NCBI RefSeq assembly: GCF_006345805.1
Contig: NC_043003.1
Coordinates: 12,462,001-12,526,000 of the forward strand
DNA from: Octopus sinensis
Lineage: Eukaryota
Direction: 5' to 3'
DNA: 64,000 nucleotides
The translations under genes and the position numbers were made by a program. Positions 11,887-27,638 of the stretch are shown in pieces (the first letter of the stretch is position 1; each line of letters begins with the position of its first letter). The notes under the pieces were generated by a model. The model was not told where the DNA came from and did not search any database. It saw only the letters and a program-made list of their open reading frames with translations.

Positions 11887-14879
11887 ATTCTCCTGTAAGT
11901 AAATGCCTCATACTTCAGCAGATGTATGTGTACTAATAGGATGAAAAATTACTTGAAAAGCAAATGAGTGTTGGTGATTGGAAGAGCACACAGTTGTAGA
12001 AAACCTGCCTCGGTAAATTTTCTCTAATCCTTGCCAACATAGAAGAATGATAATGCTGGTGATAGTAGCAGTAGCAGTAGTAGTGGTTACCAGTATTTCT
12101 TCAACTAAGCTAGTAATTTCTATTTGTTAAACAATTTATCTTTGAAAGTAAGACCGGTTTGATTTTGTGAAATAAAAATCATTAAAAAGAAAAATAATTT
12201 CAAATATAAACATTTGTCTAGCAAAAATCTTTGACAACTGAAGAATTCCTGTCAATATATGAGATGACTCTTGCCACATTGGGGTTTTGTGTCATCATAA
12301 AAAAATACTGATATTTATTTTAATGACGTTTAAATGGATTAAATAATAACTTTTTTTTAAATTTTATGTTTGGTAGTAAATCTATATCTTAAATCTCTCT
12401 CATAGATTATTTTTTATTGATATTGGAAAGAGCCATTTTTATGTTACCTTTTCCATTTTAATGACTAGATTATAGATACTTTTTAAAAAATTTATTTTAG
12501 AGAGAGAGAGAAGAGAAAGTGTATGTATGTGTGTGTATATATGTGTATGTATATATGTATACGTGTGTATGTATATATATGTGTGTGTGAATTTTTAATA
12601 GATGTGATATAGCTGAAATGCTTGTCTTAGTGCCCTGTACTTTGGATTCTGCCAAATTTTTTTTTTTTTTTTCATATTTAAGTAATTGGCTTGATCTAAT
12701 TTATTGTAGTATTTCTAATTAATTAGTTGGTGTGATTGACTCTTTTCACTTGCCATGTCTTCTATCAATTCTGGCATTAAACTATTTTTTTATAAATCCT
12801 TCTAAATAGTTTGTTAAGGGAATTAATTAAAAAATGCTGTTGCCATGAATATGGCATTAGTGATTACAAAAGCCTACTTTTCTACTTTTCACTCATGTGA
12901 CAGCCCTAATAATGCTGATACACATTTCTAATAATAGTTTCATTTTCTTCTCATATGTTAATGCCACAGTAAACCTCAACCTATTTTTATTCCTTGCTTG
13001 TTAATTCACTCCATTCAGTCCAAAAGGCACATAATTTCCTTTTTAGAGAGCTGCATAGTCTCTAAATTATTAAATCAGAGGAATTACTATTGGGAATCAT
13101 TCAAATTTGAGGCATTAAACCTGTTATAAATCACTTTCTGTAATGTCTATCTTTTCTATACTTGCAATAGTCATATGGAATTTGTTGGCAAATTTCTATG
13201 GCCAGATGCTCTTCCTGTTGCCAACCCTCACCTGTTTTCAAATAAGATAATATTTCCTCTTGGCCAGACATGTTTTCATGAAAGACTGGAAATGAATGGC
13301 ATTTGCATAAAACTATCATGCAAACGTTGTCTTGATTGGTTTAGTTAGAGGTGATAAGGCTGTGTCCTTGTGCCCATGATCTTTGCTGGGCCCTCAGGAT
13401 TGATGGAGAAAGGGAGAAAGAAACCATAACTTAGGGATTGTTACAGTAGGAAGTAGCATATCAAGATATAAAGTTATTCTTAGACCAGAGAGGTCAAGTT
13501 TGAATCCTTGTGACAAAAGCATCCATGGGAGAGGTGATGGTGGCATTAAACCAATTAACATTAGATTTATCAACCAAAAAATGGCACAGTCCATGTAGTT
13601 TACATGTAACCAATTTCACTCACAAGTTTGAAGTTAATTTGTGGTTATGACAGAAAACACTAAACTAGGATGTCACAAAGTGTGATTCAACTTAAAAAAA
13701 CTATGTCATTGTGAAGCAAACCTCTTAGCCACACTGTCAACATTTTGTATCCGTCCCCCAAGTTGTCTCTTCAAATTCTGTAATAATGATTTCTAATGAC
13801 ACCATGAAAGTGTTTATATATCACTAGTTTTGAAAATGAATTGGTACCATATAAGTATCTAAACACCTGCTCTTTCTGTTCTTTAAAACGTCTACAAATA
13901 TTGTTATTGTTTTAAACCCATAACTTTAGGACTTGTTTCTATATACTTTTTTGTTTTGGAGTAAATATTGATATAACTGAATCGCTGGTTGAATATTTTA
14001 ATAGAAATTACATTCTATTTTCATTGGCATGAGGTGTAGTTCTGATGATCTAAGCGAGAACTTGTAAACCAGCTTTGCTATGATAGTTTCAGTAATTGGC
14101 TTAGTGCTTTAGTAACCATCATAAAAATAAAAATGATAATATTAAAGCAGTTCCAGGTACCTTCAGTAATCTTTATATATTTATTTGTGTTTCATTAATG
14201 GTTAGATTAGTGGTGGCAGTTATTATTTTCTTACTTTGGTACAAGGCCAGAAAATACATCAATTATATCTGACTCCAGTTCTTGACTGGTGCTTGATTTC
14301 TTTGATCCAAGAGGGGTGGAAGGCTAAGTTGACATTAATGGTATTTGAACATAAAGAGCCAAAACAAATACTGCCAAGTACTCTGTCCAAACTAACAATT
14401 CTGCTAATTCAATTCAATTTCTATCAAGAACACAGAGCCACATTTAATAAGAAAGAAGTTTGCTGATTAATTTAGCCATAGTACTTGACTGGCACTTTAT
14501 TTTATCTAGTCTAGAAAGATGAAAGGTAATGTTGATCCCAATGGAGTTTGAGCTTGGAATATAAAGGGCCTAAATACCACAAGGCATTTTATTGGATGTT
14601 CTAATGAATCTGCCAATCTGTCACCGTTTATTATAATTGTATTATAATCCTTTATTTAGCCACTGAAGGCAATTGCTATCAATTCCATTCTTTCATGAAG
14701 TGTTACTATTAGGACAGTAGGGATTACAAGCATGTAAGGATGAAAGCTAATAAAAATCTAACACTAAAAAGACATTTGTTTATAAAGCCATATAATGACT
14801 ATATAAATCTATTCATATATATATATAAGAATACAATAAATAAAATAAGATGCTTTTTTTTAAATATGCAGAAGCATTT

Positions 14880-15500
14880 CGGGTTATTTTCCCATTGTCA
14901 TGAGATGATGGTGGGGTAATACTGTTGGAGGAGAAAAGGTCTTCTGCTCATCAGTTTCCGGGTTGAGGGTAAGGGCAAATTCTTTGACTCCTTGAAGTGC
15001 TGGAATCAGTGTTATTTGTTGTTGTAACTGCTGTTGACCACTTTCCTCTTCCTCCATTTCCCCTCTCTGTTACCACTCCTTATGGTTGAGAAAAGGAGTC
15101 TTTCTCCTGGACAGCTTCAGGCACTGTGGACAAGGTGATCTCTAATTCAGAATTATGACTCCTGTTATACTGGAGACTGGGGTTGCTCACTACTATTTTG
15201 TTCCTTTTATCTCCAGTATTTCTGGCCAAAAGTCCCCTGGTGACCTTTGTTTCCACAGCTGTAGCAACTAGGCTTTTTGCTCTGCACCAAAAATCTCATG
15301 CTCATCACTATTGTGCCTGCACCAGCACACAACTTTGAGGTTCTGTGGTTTTTAGAATTCATTCAAACTTTTTTGAAATTTGCTCACAAATCACCTGTCA
15401 CTACCTTTACACTAACCACCCACCTATATTTTGATATGTCTGTGACAATGTGTAAGGGGTCAGCAGTTGTACTGAGGCCATTGACCTTCGCCTTTATCTT
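14880..15500 (-). mobile_element. Decayed retrotransposon ORF1/gag-like relic with a zinc knuckle
   Basis: Minus strand MRFLVQSKKPSCYSCGNKGHQ (CX2CX4H at 15240-15266; last Cys lost) in a GC-richer block with stops. Confidence 0.55.
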
Positions 15501-16247
15501 TCTCTATCACAAGTACAGAGGCACATTATTAGTAAAGTGATGAGCTGGCTCTGTATGCTCTGAGTTCAAATTTCCCTGAGGTCAACTTTACCTTTCATCC
15601 TTTCAAGGTCGAGGAAATAAATACCAATTGAGCACTTTGTTGATGTAATCAACTAATTCCCTCTAAAATTCTGGCCTTTTTTGGTAAAATTTGAAACTTA
15701 TTATTTGCAGTAGTAGTAAGCAACAAAACGGTAGAATCATTAGAGTGTTGGACAAAATACTTAGCAATGTTTCTTCAGACTCTTCAGGTTCCGAGTTCAA
15801 ATTCCACCATGATTATCTTTGCCTTTCATCCTTTTTAAATCAATAAAATAAGTACCAGTTGAACACTAGGGTCAATGTAATCGACTTACCCCCTCCCCAG
15901 AAATTGCTGGCCTTGTGCCAAAATTTGAAATTATTATCATCATTATATATACATATAATATATATATATATATCATCATTTAATGCCCATTTCCCACGAT
16001 ACCATGGGCCAGATGGTTTGACAGTAGCTGGCAATATTGTTAGTGCACTGGATGAAATGCTCAGCAGGATTTCACCTGTTGCTACATTCTGAGTTCAAAT
16101 TCTGCCAAGGTCGACTTTGTCTTTCATCCTTTTTGGGGTTGATAAATTAAGTACCAGTTGAATGCTGGGGTCGATGTAATTGACACATCTCCCCTCCCAA
16201 AATGGCTGCTCTTGTGGAAAAATTTGAAACGATTATTATTATTATTA

Positions 16248-16279
<32 letters not shown>

Positions 16280-16717
16280 GGTTGGTGAGTTTGGGAGAAA
16301 GAATAGATAAATTTTGTTTCTACTGTACATGTTATTATCACCAAAAATTATCTTATTTTTCTTTTGAAAGTGATCTCTACTTTTACTGCTTTATTTTATT
16401 TTTCATACATTTTTGTCTTTTATATGGTTTTGTAGTATTTATCTTCCAGTAAGCTGTTTTAGCATCTTTTCTTTTTGTTTTTTCTTGTAAGATTATGGCA
16501 CTGTGATGCTATATTTATAATAGTAACACATAGTAATCTTAATATTTACCTTAAGATAGTGCACATATCTTTCTGTAAGTTCTAATCTTTGATACTAAAG
16601 GCATTAGTCATGTTTTTTTTTTGTTTGTGAGTGAATAATTGAGTGGACTGATCCCACAATGTTATTTGTCCTTATTTTGTAGACCCACTCCTCTGCACCT
16701 TGAGAAACAGGTTTTGA

Positions 16718-16982
16718 ATCATCATCATCATTATCGTCATCATCATCATTTAATGTCTACTTTCCATGCTGGCATAGGTTGGACGGTTTGACTGAGGACT
16801 GGTGAACCAGATGGCTGCACCAGGCTCCAATCTGATCTGGCAGAGTTTCTACAGCTGGATGTCCTTCCTAATGCCAACCACTCCGAGAGTGTAGTGGGTG
16901 CTTTTACGTGCCACCGGCATGAGCGCCAGTCAGGCAGTACTGGCAACGGCCACGTTCAAATGGTGTTGCCAGTACCACCTGA
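16718..16982 (-). mobile_element. RTE-tail-type SINE/LINE 3' end with (GAT)n tail
   Basis: (CAT)n followed by ttccatgctggcataggttggacgg...ttttacgtgccaccggc; related copies near 1930-2245, 29330-29655 and 35398-35860. Confidence 0.7.
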
Positions 16983-19062
16983 GGAAAAAAGAAAAACAAC
17001 CTAAATACTGTAAAACATTTAATTCTACATTACCATTTTTGTCACAAATGAACAACTCTTAATTACGGAACATTACAACAATAACAAGTATCAATAATGG
17101 AATCTCTATATGGCTCTTCAACCTACTTGAAATAGCAACTAAAATTTTTCAAATGTTGATAAGAGAAGGATGTATTGAGTAATATAGCCCTGGATAAACT
17201 TTGAAAACCGATGGAATGGTGATAGGCGAAGTGACTTTCATCATTGGTCTGCTTGATCAGAGCTGACATAGAACTAAGTAACTATAGGAAATAGCATTCC
17301 ATTTTTTATCTTTTATCTTTTATCATTTACTTGTTTCAGTTATTGGACTGTGGCCAAGCTGGGGCATCACCTTGAAGAGCTTTAGACCAACAAATCAACC
17401 ACAGTACTTTTTCTGTTTTTTTTTTAAGTCTGTTACTTATTCTATTGGTCTCTTTTGAACCACAAAGTTACAAGGATATAAACAAACCAACATTGTTCAT
17501 CAAACAATGTTGGGTACAGACGCAAACATAAAGACAAACAGACATGTACATGTATACCCTCATGCAAACTTCTTACCATCTACCGAATCTACTCACAAGC
17601 TAGGAGCCAAAGTAGAAGACAGTTGTCCAAGGTGCCATGCAGTGGGGCTGAACCCAAAATCATGTGGTTGGGAAGCAAACTTCTTATCACACAGCCATGC
17701 TTGAGCCTACCTGAAACCATTGGTCAGTTCTCTGAAGGTTATTTATACAAGTAAAAACCAAATGACCCAGAAATAGTTAATAAGCAAAATTAATGTTCAG
17801 TAGGACTTCCATGAAATAATTTTAGCAAGTCATACATAGTTCTTGTCATAATTTTATTTATTTGTATTTAAATTCATTTTGTATGTGTTAACAACATATT
17901 TAAGTACTTAAGCTGTTGTTACATCACCTCAGTGTATTTTATTTTTCCCAAAAGGATTTCCTGTAGGAAAGAGTAATAATAATAATTTTGGAATTGCAGA
18001 CATTATTTGAAAGGAGAGTTGAAAATCGCTTTCAAATCAGTTGACTCTATTTAGTTACATATTTGTTATTTAGACTGTTTGATAATAGAATAATGGCCTT
18101 TTATAATGGCTTTTAACATCGGTACAAGTATAACTTTTTGAGGAAGGACAGAAATTATTAAATAAATCTGGCACTTTATATTCTATTGTTAAAATTTTTT
18201 AGAAGTTAATCAGAGAAGTAGAAGCAGTGACTATGACTTTCGCAAGACTTGAAATTCTGCATGAGAAAAGCAAATAGGGTGAGTTAGTGGAGTGCTGCCC
18301 AAATGCTTGCAACCAAATGAACTTGTCCAAGAACCAAGTGAAATTAAAGTGTGTGGTGTGTTAAGAGCAACTCTTTTATACTTACGCCATTGTTTCTTTT
18401 GCTTTAGCACTTTTTCTCACCTTTTCACTATCAAAGTTTCAGACCACAAACACAGACACAAACACACACACACACACACACACACATATACGACGGGCTT
18501 CTTTCAGTTTCCGTCTACCAAATCCACTCTCAAGGCTTTGGTCGGCCTGAGGCTATAGTGGAAGACACCCGGGGTACCACACAGTGGGACTGAACCCAGA
18601 ATCATGTGGCTCATAAGCAAGCTACTTACCACACAGCCACTCCTACTCCTTCAATAACTATAGTTTTGTAAGTCTTTCATAACCAATGATTACTGAAGTT
18701 TTAAGGACTATCTAGTATTTATAGAGTAGGAAAAAAAAACTTTTTATAGTTCACTCAAAGTATCTACTATTAATACTTAAATTTTCTTTTTGATTGTTTA
18801 TTTTCAATATTAATGTAGAGACTTTTATCTCTATCTTTATTTTTCTATTGATCTGATCATCAGACAAAAATTTATTCACAAGAGATTTCAGCAACTTTTA
18901 TTAAATTAGGGAAGGAGAAATTAAGTTTTATAGAAGAAATATCATTTCCTTAGACTTCTAAATTATTTATCCCTTTTAGTCCTTGCTATATATTTATCAT
19001 AAGCCTATGTTTGTATTTTTTCATGAATTACCAACACTAACATTTTAATTTAGTACACTACT

Positions 19063-19415
19063 AGGTGCAGAAGTGGCTGTGTGGTAAGTAGCTTGCTTAC
19101 CAACCACATGGTTCTGGGTTAAGTACCACTGTGTGGCACCTTGGGCAAGTGTCTTCTACTATAGCTTCAAGCCGACCAAAGCCTTGTGAGTGAATTTCAT
19201 AGATGGAAACTGAAAGAAGCCCGTCGTATATATGTATATATATATGTGTGTGTTTGTGTGTCTGTGTTTACATCCCTGTAACTTAGCAGCTCGCCAAAAG
19301 ACACCGATAGAATAAGTACTAAGCTTACAAAGAATAAGTCCTGGGGTCGATTTGCTCGACTAAAGGCAGTGCTCCTGCATGGCCACAGTGAAATGACTGA
19401 AACAAGTAAAAGAGA
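19063..19415 (+). mobile_element. SINE family A, full length
   Basis: Colinear with 11504-11886. Confidence 0.85.
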
Positions 19416-19711
19416 ATACTTGATCAGTAAAATACCCAGTACTGATTTCTAACTGTAATTTCCTTACTTACAATTGTCATTAGGTTTAGCTTCATAGCCT
19501 TTGTTGGATTAAAGAAATATCACTGTGAAATTTTAACATGTTCATCATATAACTGTATTTGTAAATATCACCTCACTTAATAGAATATTTCTCATAAGGT
19601 AGGAGGAAGTAGCCCCCCACCCCCTGGAGAGCAGTGGAGATTAAAATGGATGAGGATAAATTGCCATGATTAAAATTAAGATTGTACTGGAGTACCTCTG
19701 CTTTTGAACAC

Positions 19712-19760
<49 letters not shown>

Positions 19761-20781
19761 CACGATTTATTTGTGATCAGAGGCATTTGTAAACTGAGAT
19801 ACTACTGTATTAAATGAATATGAGAAAGACAGGAGATAAAGCATGAAAACCAAGGTACTACTGTATTTAAACTTGTTCAACACCTTGGAGAAGAAAGAAG
19901 AATTATATGGTATATAAACTCTCTTGTCTCACTAATTGCTAACATTCTGTTGGAAATGTTTTGTGTCAAAAACTCAGTTCTGTAATGATTTTGTTACAGA
20001 ACAGAAATGAATAGTAGAAGAAGGGAGTCTCGGGATAAAAATCTGCTTTTCCCATATTTTCTATCCTCCATTTATGACTGATTCGTTTAACACAGTGTAT
20101 TTATGCAACCAAGCACTTTTGATAAATGAGGATAACATGTATCATAAGTTTGAGGAGTGACTGACCATTGTAGCCTATGTTGTATATGTCATACAGTAAA
20201 TAGAGAAAGGAAGAAGGCTATAATGAGAATCACTGACTTGATGTTTACTTACCTTTTTTTTACCAGTTCTATCCTTGTACTGTGTGGAGATTGGCATGTC
20301 AAAGAACAGACCCAACATTTCCTTTGTGTGTTGCAGAAGGCAATTAAAAGAGGTTGAGGTATGACTTGCCCTCTGACTTTGTAAAAACCTTTACCAGCAA
20401 TGATTCCTCAAACAGACCCATGAGTTGGAGGGTTGTTACCTGAGTGTTGCTATGGTGTCATCAGCCAGGAGTAAGGGAATCACCAACAAATGGTGGATGC
20501 ACAGCAATGTGCTGTTACAACACATGCCCCCTTATTACTTACCTATACAAAATGATTTACACTCTTGCCTTTTACAATATTGTTGCATGGGTTGAATGGA
20601 GTTTATTAAAGCTGGTTTTCTATGGTCTGATAAGCCTGTTTCCAAGCAAAGTAATATTTCCACATGGCCAGACATATTCTCACAGAACATTGAAAATGAA
20701 TGACACTGCTTGTATGACTGTGTTAGTTATAAATAATTATCAATGTCAAAACCAGGAGACACACACACACTCTCACTCTCC

Positions 20782-20820
<39 letters not shown>

Positions 20821-23772
20821 TCTCTCACCCACATTATGTGTGTGTGTGTGTGATGGGTTTCTTTGTTTCTGTTTAACAAATCCACTCACAAGGATTTGGT
20901 CAGTCTGGGACTATAGCAGAAGGCTCTTGCCCAAGATGCCATGCAGTGGGACTGAACCTGAAACCATGTGGTCGGGAAGCAAACTTCTTTACAACACTTG
21001 TATTTATATCCCTTTCTTCTGTGCGTATCTCATTTTATCACTCTTATTGGTAACTTCTAAGAAGTGGTTAGTCTCATTCCAATCACAAACAAACTTAACT
21101 TGAAACTTTTGATACATTTGATCTTAGTTTATTTATTCTACATCCACACACTACCTCATTATTTTCACTTAACTTCAGTTTCTACATCATTTTTGTTTTA
21201 TAAACAAATCTACATATTTGTCCTTTCTTCTAATTATTTGAACTGAGTCACATACTTATTGTCTTATATTGGAAAGACACTTTAATCTTTTTTTGCTATG
21301 TATTATCTTAATTACTTCTCTGTCCTTCACTTAATGTGATTTTTCAAGAAATATATCATTATTTTGTTGAGAATCAATCTAATAAACAAAGCTTTCGTCA
21401 ACTCCAATTAATGTCACATAGTTGCTTTATATTTTTATTGCCTTAAGAAATGTATTCCAGGACAATGTCATTTTGTCTGTATAAATTCAGATAATTCACT
21501 CTGTTGTAATACCTAGTGCTAGAAATCCAAATTGTAATTTCGCTATATGAAAATCTGACTTCAGAGGTAAATTGTTTTGTGTCATTTAATATATAACAAC
21601 AGGCAGAGGCACGGCTGTGTGGTAAGAAGTTTGCTTCTCAACCATAGGTTTCAGGTTCAGTCCCATTGCGTGGCACTTTGGGCATGTGTCTTCTAGTACA
21701 GCTCAGGGCTGACCAAAGCATTGCGAATGGAGTTGGTAGATAAGAAATGAACGAAGTCTGTCGTACATCTTACTGTCTTCTTGCTTTGACATCACATGAT
21801 AGCTGTAGACAGGTATCACTATTATGTGAGCAGTGTCCTTCGTTTCTAAGCTTCCATGAAAACATGCTTGGTTATGGTAAGATATTACCTCACTTGGAAA
21901 CAAGTGAGGGTTAGCAACAGGAAGGGCATCTAACCATAGAAAATGTACCTCAATAAATTCCGTCCAACCCATGCAAGGATAGAAAAGGGGATGATAAAAC
22001 GATGATGATGATGATGCATTGCAGCAGTATCAAAAGTAAAAAAAATAGAAAAATGTGTTGATTTTGTTAATTTTTAATAGTAATAATAAAAAAAAAAATT
22101 AAGTCTTTTCTGAGTTTACATAGACATTTTATTCTATCTACTAGTAGTGTAGTTTCACTTGTAATTTGAAAGTTGTAAGTTCTCCCATCCTCTCGCTTAT
22201 TTTGGCAAATGGTCTGTAAGAGCTAACTGTTTCCATGGTTACTTACAAAATAAAGCATCTAACATAAACTTCAACTTAAATAACAATAAAATGTGTCAGC
22301 AAGCAGCTTTCATTTAAACACCATTACTTCTTCAAATTGTGGTTTTAGTCTTAGAAGAAGTATATACACACACACACACACACTCACTCACACACAATAA
22401 AACAAATAAAAGCCATGAATTGCAGAAGTCATAGGAAAACTTGTATCTCAAAGCTGTGTAATTTAGTAAACTCACAGAATGTTTTGATTAAATACATTTT
22501 AAAGGCTATTCAAAACAAGTTCCTTTTGTGATAGAAATCATCAACATTGGAACTGTCATCCTTTTCACTACCACCACCACCACCACACCACTCTTCTTTT
22601 CTCCTCTTCCTCCTCCTCTCCATTGTAATGATGGTAGCGGTGATGTTGATGATGTAACTGGGGCTGTATCCAGGACCAAATGACCAAGAAACAATCATGG
22701 ACTACTTGACCTATATAGAGACTCTGTAATGGGAGCTGTACTCAATTGTTATAATCAGTGGCAGCACTGTAGCATGAGCAAATGTTTCTTTGGCTTTAAT
22801 ATTATAAGAGTCAGCTGTAGGTTGTTTTTGTTGTTGTTATGTTTTGTATTTTATAATTTAGCTTGATTTTGGGACATTTTAGTTACTAGCCAGGTCTGCT
22901 ATAACTTGAAAACTTCCAATCTTTGAGGTTTACAATTTTAACTTTCCAACCTGACCTGAGTGTTCACCTTTGACACCGGCTGTCAGTCTGAACTCCTTTG
23001 ATCCCAACCTACTTGAGATTGCAAATATACATTTTTAAAATATTCAAATTTAAATTGAAACATTCCATTCCATCATAAATATTTTTCTTGTTTGGGTTAC
23101 AGTAGTGCCCTATCAAAAAGAGATAATTTACCACATCTGCTATGCAAGGTTTAAAAGAAAGAAAGAAAAAACAAAAAGAAATAGCAAAACAATAAGTTCC
23201 TTTGTCTTAATGGGTGCAGAACTATTTACCAAGAGGCTTGGAATTCAAACCCTGCCAAAAGCAACATATTTTGTTTCTAACCCAAGTGCAATATTTAACT
23301 TTTTTTAGTACCCAAGTTAATGTATCACATAAATATTTATTTGATGCTAAAGGCAGTGTTGTATGTAACCTTTGCACAAGAAATATTTCATATAATGAGA
23401 TTTGTGTGAAAGTATGGCTCTTGCTAATGTTCCTTCTTGTTCACTTATGTTTTATTTTCATTTTTTTTTATTTTTCTGTTACATTGCCTTAACACTAAGA
23501 AACACACATACATACCCTAAAAGCTATGTGTAAAACTTTTATACCTGTTTAGTGTGCAATATGATGAGAATCCCAGAATCAAGTGCTAAAGACTCCGACA
23601 GGCTAAATGTTATGAAATTACAAAGATCTGAATGTTACTGAATATGTATTGAATTACTAGTTTTCTTTTTCTTTTTTATTGTTTGACAGAAATGTTGAAA
23701 ACTTAAAGCTTCTGACATTGACTACATTATGAAGTGAGAGCACTGAAGAAGTAACATAATAATAATAATAAT

Positions 23773-24287
23773 CATGGCTTCTGATTGGAAGTGTTATCAT
23801 GTACATTGTTTTGTCTTGGTATAAAAGATGGGCTACAGCAAATATTCTGCTCAATACCACAGATTTGCTTGTCAGTTGTTCGACCTTAACCAGTTGATCA
23901 TGTCCCTTAGTGGCTGACAATATGTGCATCTCTGATCACGAGCAGAAATAGTGGGGGAGCATCATAGCCATGTGTTGAGAGGGATTCTTTGGGGTTTGAA
24001 TAATTCACCTCTGGAAACATGGGTGGTTCTTTCAACATCCTTAAACAACCCTTATTCAGGGACCTTTTGAGCGGGATGGGCTACTCAACCTGAAGAAAAT
24101 TCTAACTGGGCCCCACCTGCAAGGTCATGTGCTATTTATCTTGATATGAGATCACCATGTCACACACATATGGTTGTGATGCATGTGCCTGGTGTACCCT
24201 TATCAGACGGGTAGTCATGATGGGTATACTGGGCTTCGTATATTTTACCCCAGTGTCACTTTGATGGCATGACCTGCTCTCTCACTC

Positions 24288-24288
<1 letters not shown>
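23773..24288 (+). mobile_element. Retroelement-derived repeat flanked on both sides by (AAT)n
   Basis: (AAT)n at about 23757-23772 and 24288-24322; inverted partial copy at 7003-7320. Confidence 0.65.
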
Positions 24289-24324
<36 letters not shown>

Positions 24325-25689
24325 GTTCATAATAGCAAACACCTTTTACTGTCTCACCTTATACTTTTAAAACAAACTTCTAATTTTCTTATAGTTTGAC
24401 AATACTATGTGCAAAACCAAATATATGGTATCCAAGTCATAACACCAATTTGAACTTCTTACTTGTCTCTTGAGGTCTCTGGGTGAGACTTGGAGTCAAC
24501 TTGGTACAATTACAAAGCAAAATAATAATGATAATTTCTACTATAGTTACAAGGACTTATATTTTGGGATGACAGGCTGGTCAATTACATTGACCCCGGT
24601 GCTTTACTGGTATTGACCCTGAAAGGATTGAAAGGCAAAGTCGATTTTGGAGGAATTTGAAGTCAGGAGAAATGCTGCTAAGCATTTTGCTGAGCTTGTT
24701 AATGATCCTGCAACAACAGCATCATCATCATCACCATCCTTTCTAGGCACAAGGCCTGAAATTTTTTGGGGAGGGATTACATTGATGACATCAGCTCTAA
24801 CGTTTAACTGGTGCTTATTTAATCAAGCTGAAAAAAGAAGAAAAAAAAATGAAAGTCAAAAGTTGACCGTGGCAGAATTTGAACACAGAATGTAGAGTTG
24901 GAAGAAATGCCATTAAGCATCATGTCTAGCATGGTAATGATTCTGCCAGTTCAATAATAATAATAATTCCAGTAAATTTGCTAAGTTCCTTAATGAGCTT
25001 TTTTTTCTTTTTCCCTTCTGTCTCTTTGCTTTCTGAGTTCTGGTCTCACCCTGGTTTTCAAAGAAGGTAGACTTAGTCTGTCACCCAGTTTAACACCTCA
25101 CCCTAGCACATTGGCTGTTGTTAGTGGAATCCACTGTATTCTGCAAAACAAACAAGGTTGGGTCTCCAATTTATGGATAACTTCCTCCCACCTGTCTTGG
25201 AAACTCTGGAAAGAGTTTTGGGCACTGCTTTACCCTCTGATTTGAAGATAATAAAAAAAAAATATTGGGAACTATAAAGTATAAATAACACTTTTCCATT
25301 CTTTATAAGAGGACCACTAAGCTGATGGAGTGATAAAAAATATCTCTAAAAAAATACTCTATGTATGTGTGCTAACACTTGCCTGCTCCCTTTTCTTTCC
25401 CTGTTTCTGTCATTCTCAGTCTCATTCACTCTAGAGAAACAATTATACCATGTCTATTTTTATAGTTATCCTACTTACAGAGACATGATATTACATACAA
25501 AAAGCCATCATAGTTTATCTTTTGAAATAACTAATTCTAGAAATAACTAATTCTAGAAATGTTTCTTGAGGTCATACAGAGTTCACATTGAGCAAAGAAA
25601 AGATTAAAACTCATTTTCATCTTGCTTTGTGATATTTTTTAGATTGTCTGTCACTCTTCTCATATGTTTCATACACACACACACACATG

Positions 25690-26316
<627 letters not shown>

Positions 26317-26752
26317 ATTGAGCATCAGCAATGAAATTAAAGAGGGGAGCAATGTAGGAAGCTGAAACTATTACTGCTCTCTGAATTAAATTTCACCTTG
26401 CCTTCCTCAGTGATATTCAAATCGATGTGTCAGGTTTCCATCTTGATCTTTATCTTTTAATCTCTTTCTTTAATATATTCTTTTATCTTTTCCATATCTG
26501 TATTTTTGCTATCTATTTCTACCCTTCCCCCTTGCTGACATATTTACATAGTTATATTCCTCGCTTTCTATATATAAACAACAATGAACAGTCTGAACCA
26601 AAGAGAGAGAGCTGCTCCAGAGTGGGTCGTCCTACTAGAAATAACAACCATGTTTTCCTCAGATACAGCCTACCATCTTAAATGAAGAGCATATTTGATA
26701 TTAAATTTGATAATGTTACAGGGAGTGTGTTTGTTTCTGCATGTGTAATATA

Positions 26753-27095
26753 TACTCTTACTCTCTTTTGACTCTTTTACTTGTTTCAGTCATTTGACTT
26801 TGGCCATGCTGGAGCACCGCCTTTAGTCAAGCAAATCGACCCCAGGACTTATTCTTTCTAAGCCTAGTACTTATTCTATCGGTCACTTTTGCCAAACTGC
26901 TAAGTTACGGCGATGTTGGGGGGACAAACACAAACACATAAACACACACATACATATATATATATACATATATACGACAGGTTTCTTTCAGTTTCCGTCT
27001 ATCAAATCCACTCACAAAGTGCCACGCAGTGGGACTGAACCCGGAAACATGTGGTTGGTAAGCAAGTTACTTACCACACAGCCACTCCTGCGCCT
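26753..27095 (-). mobile_element. SINE family A with internal deletions
   Basis: Reverse complement of the 11504-11886 family. Confidence 0.8.
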
Positions 27096-27393
27096 ATGAC
27101 ATATATAATGTCATCATTATCATTAATACTTGCATTCCATGCTGGTATGTGTTAGCTTAACAGGTTCCAATGAGAGGGCCACATCTTGCTCCAGTGTCCC
27201 TGATTTAGCATGGTTTCTATGGTTGGACACCTTACACCAATCACCTTACAAGTGCACTATGTGAATTTTTCTTCTCTTTTGTGGCACTAGCACTGTAGAG
27301 GCTGACTTGCCATCAGCAAACCTGAAAAGTTCTCTCAAGCCCTAAGCTGTTACTGCTTAAATCAATTACCAATCACTTAAAGAGTCTACTGGA

Positions 27394-27553
27394 TACTCTT
27401 TTACTCTTTTTTCAGTCATTTGACTGTGGCCATGCTGGAGCACCACCTTTAGTCGGGCAAATCGACCCCAGGACTTATTCTTTGTAAGCTTAGTACTTAT
27501 TCTATCGGTCTCTTTTGCCGAACCGCTAAGTTAAGGGGACATTAACTCACACT

Positions 27554-27638
<85 letters not shown>

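Noticed and set aside
20267-20358. Exon-like segment with a good acceptor and GAG|gtatga donor
   Set aside because: Open only in a phase-2 frame with no liprin similarity; probably cryptic.
20444-21103. 219-aa ORF
   Set aside because: Runs through SINE fragments and (CT)n/(TG)n repeats.
23690-23733. Strong acceptor followed by GAA|gtgaga
   Set aside because: Stops in all three frames; cannot be supported without transcript data.
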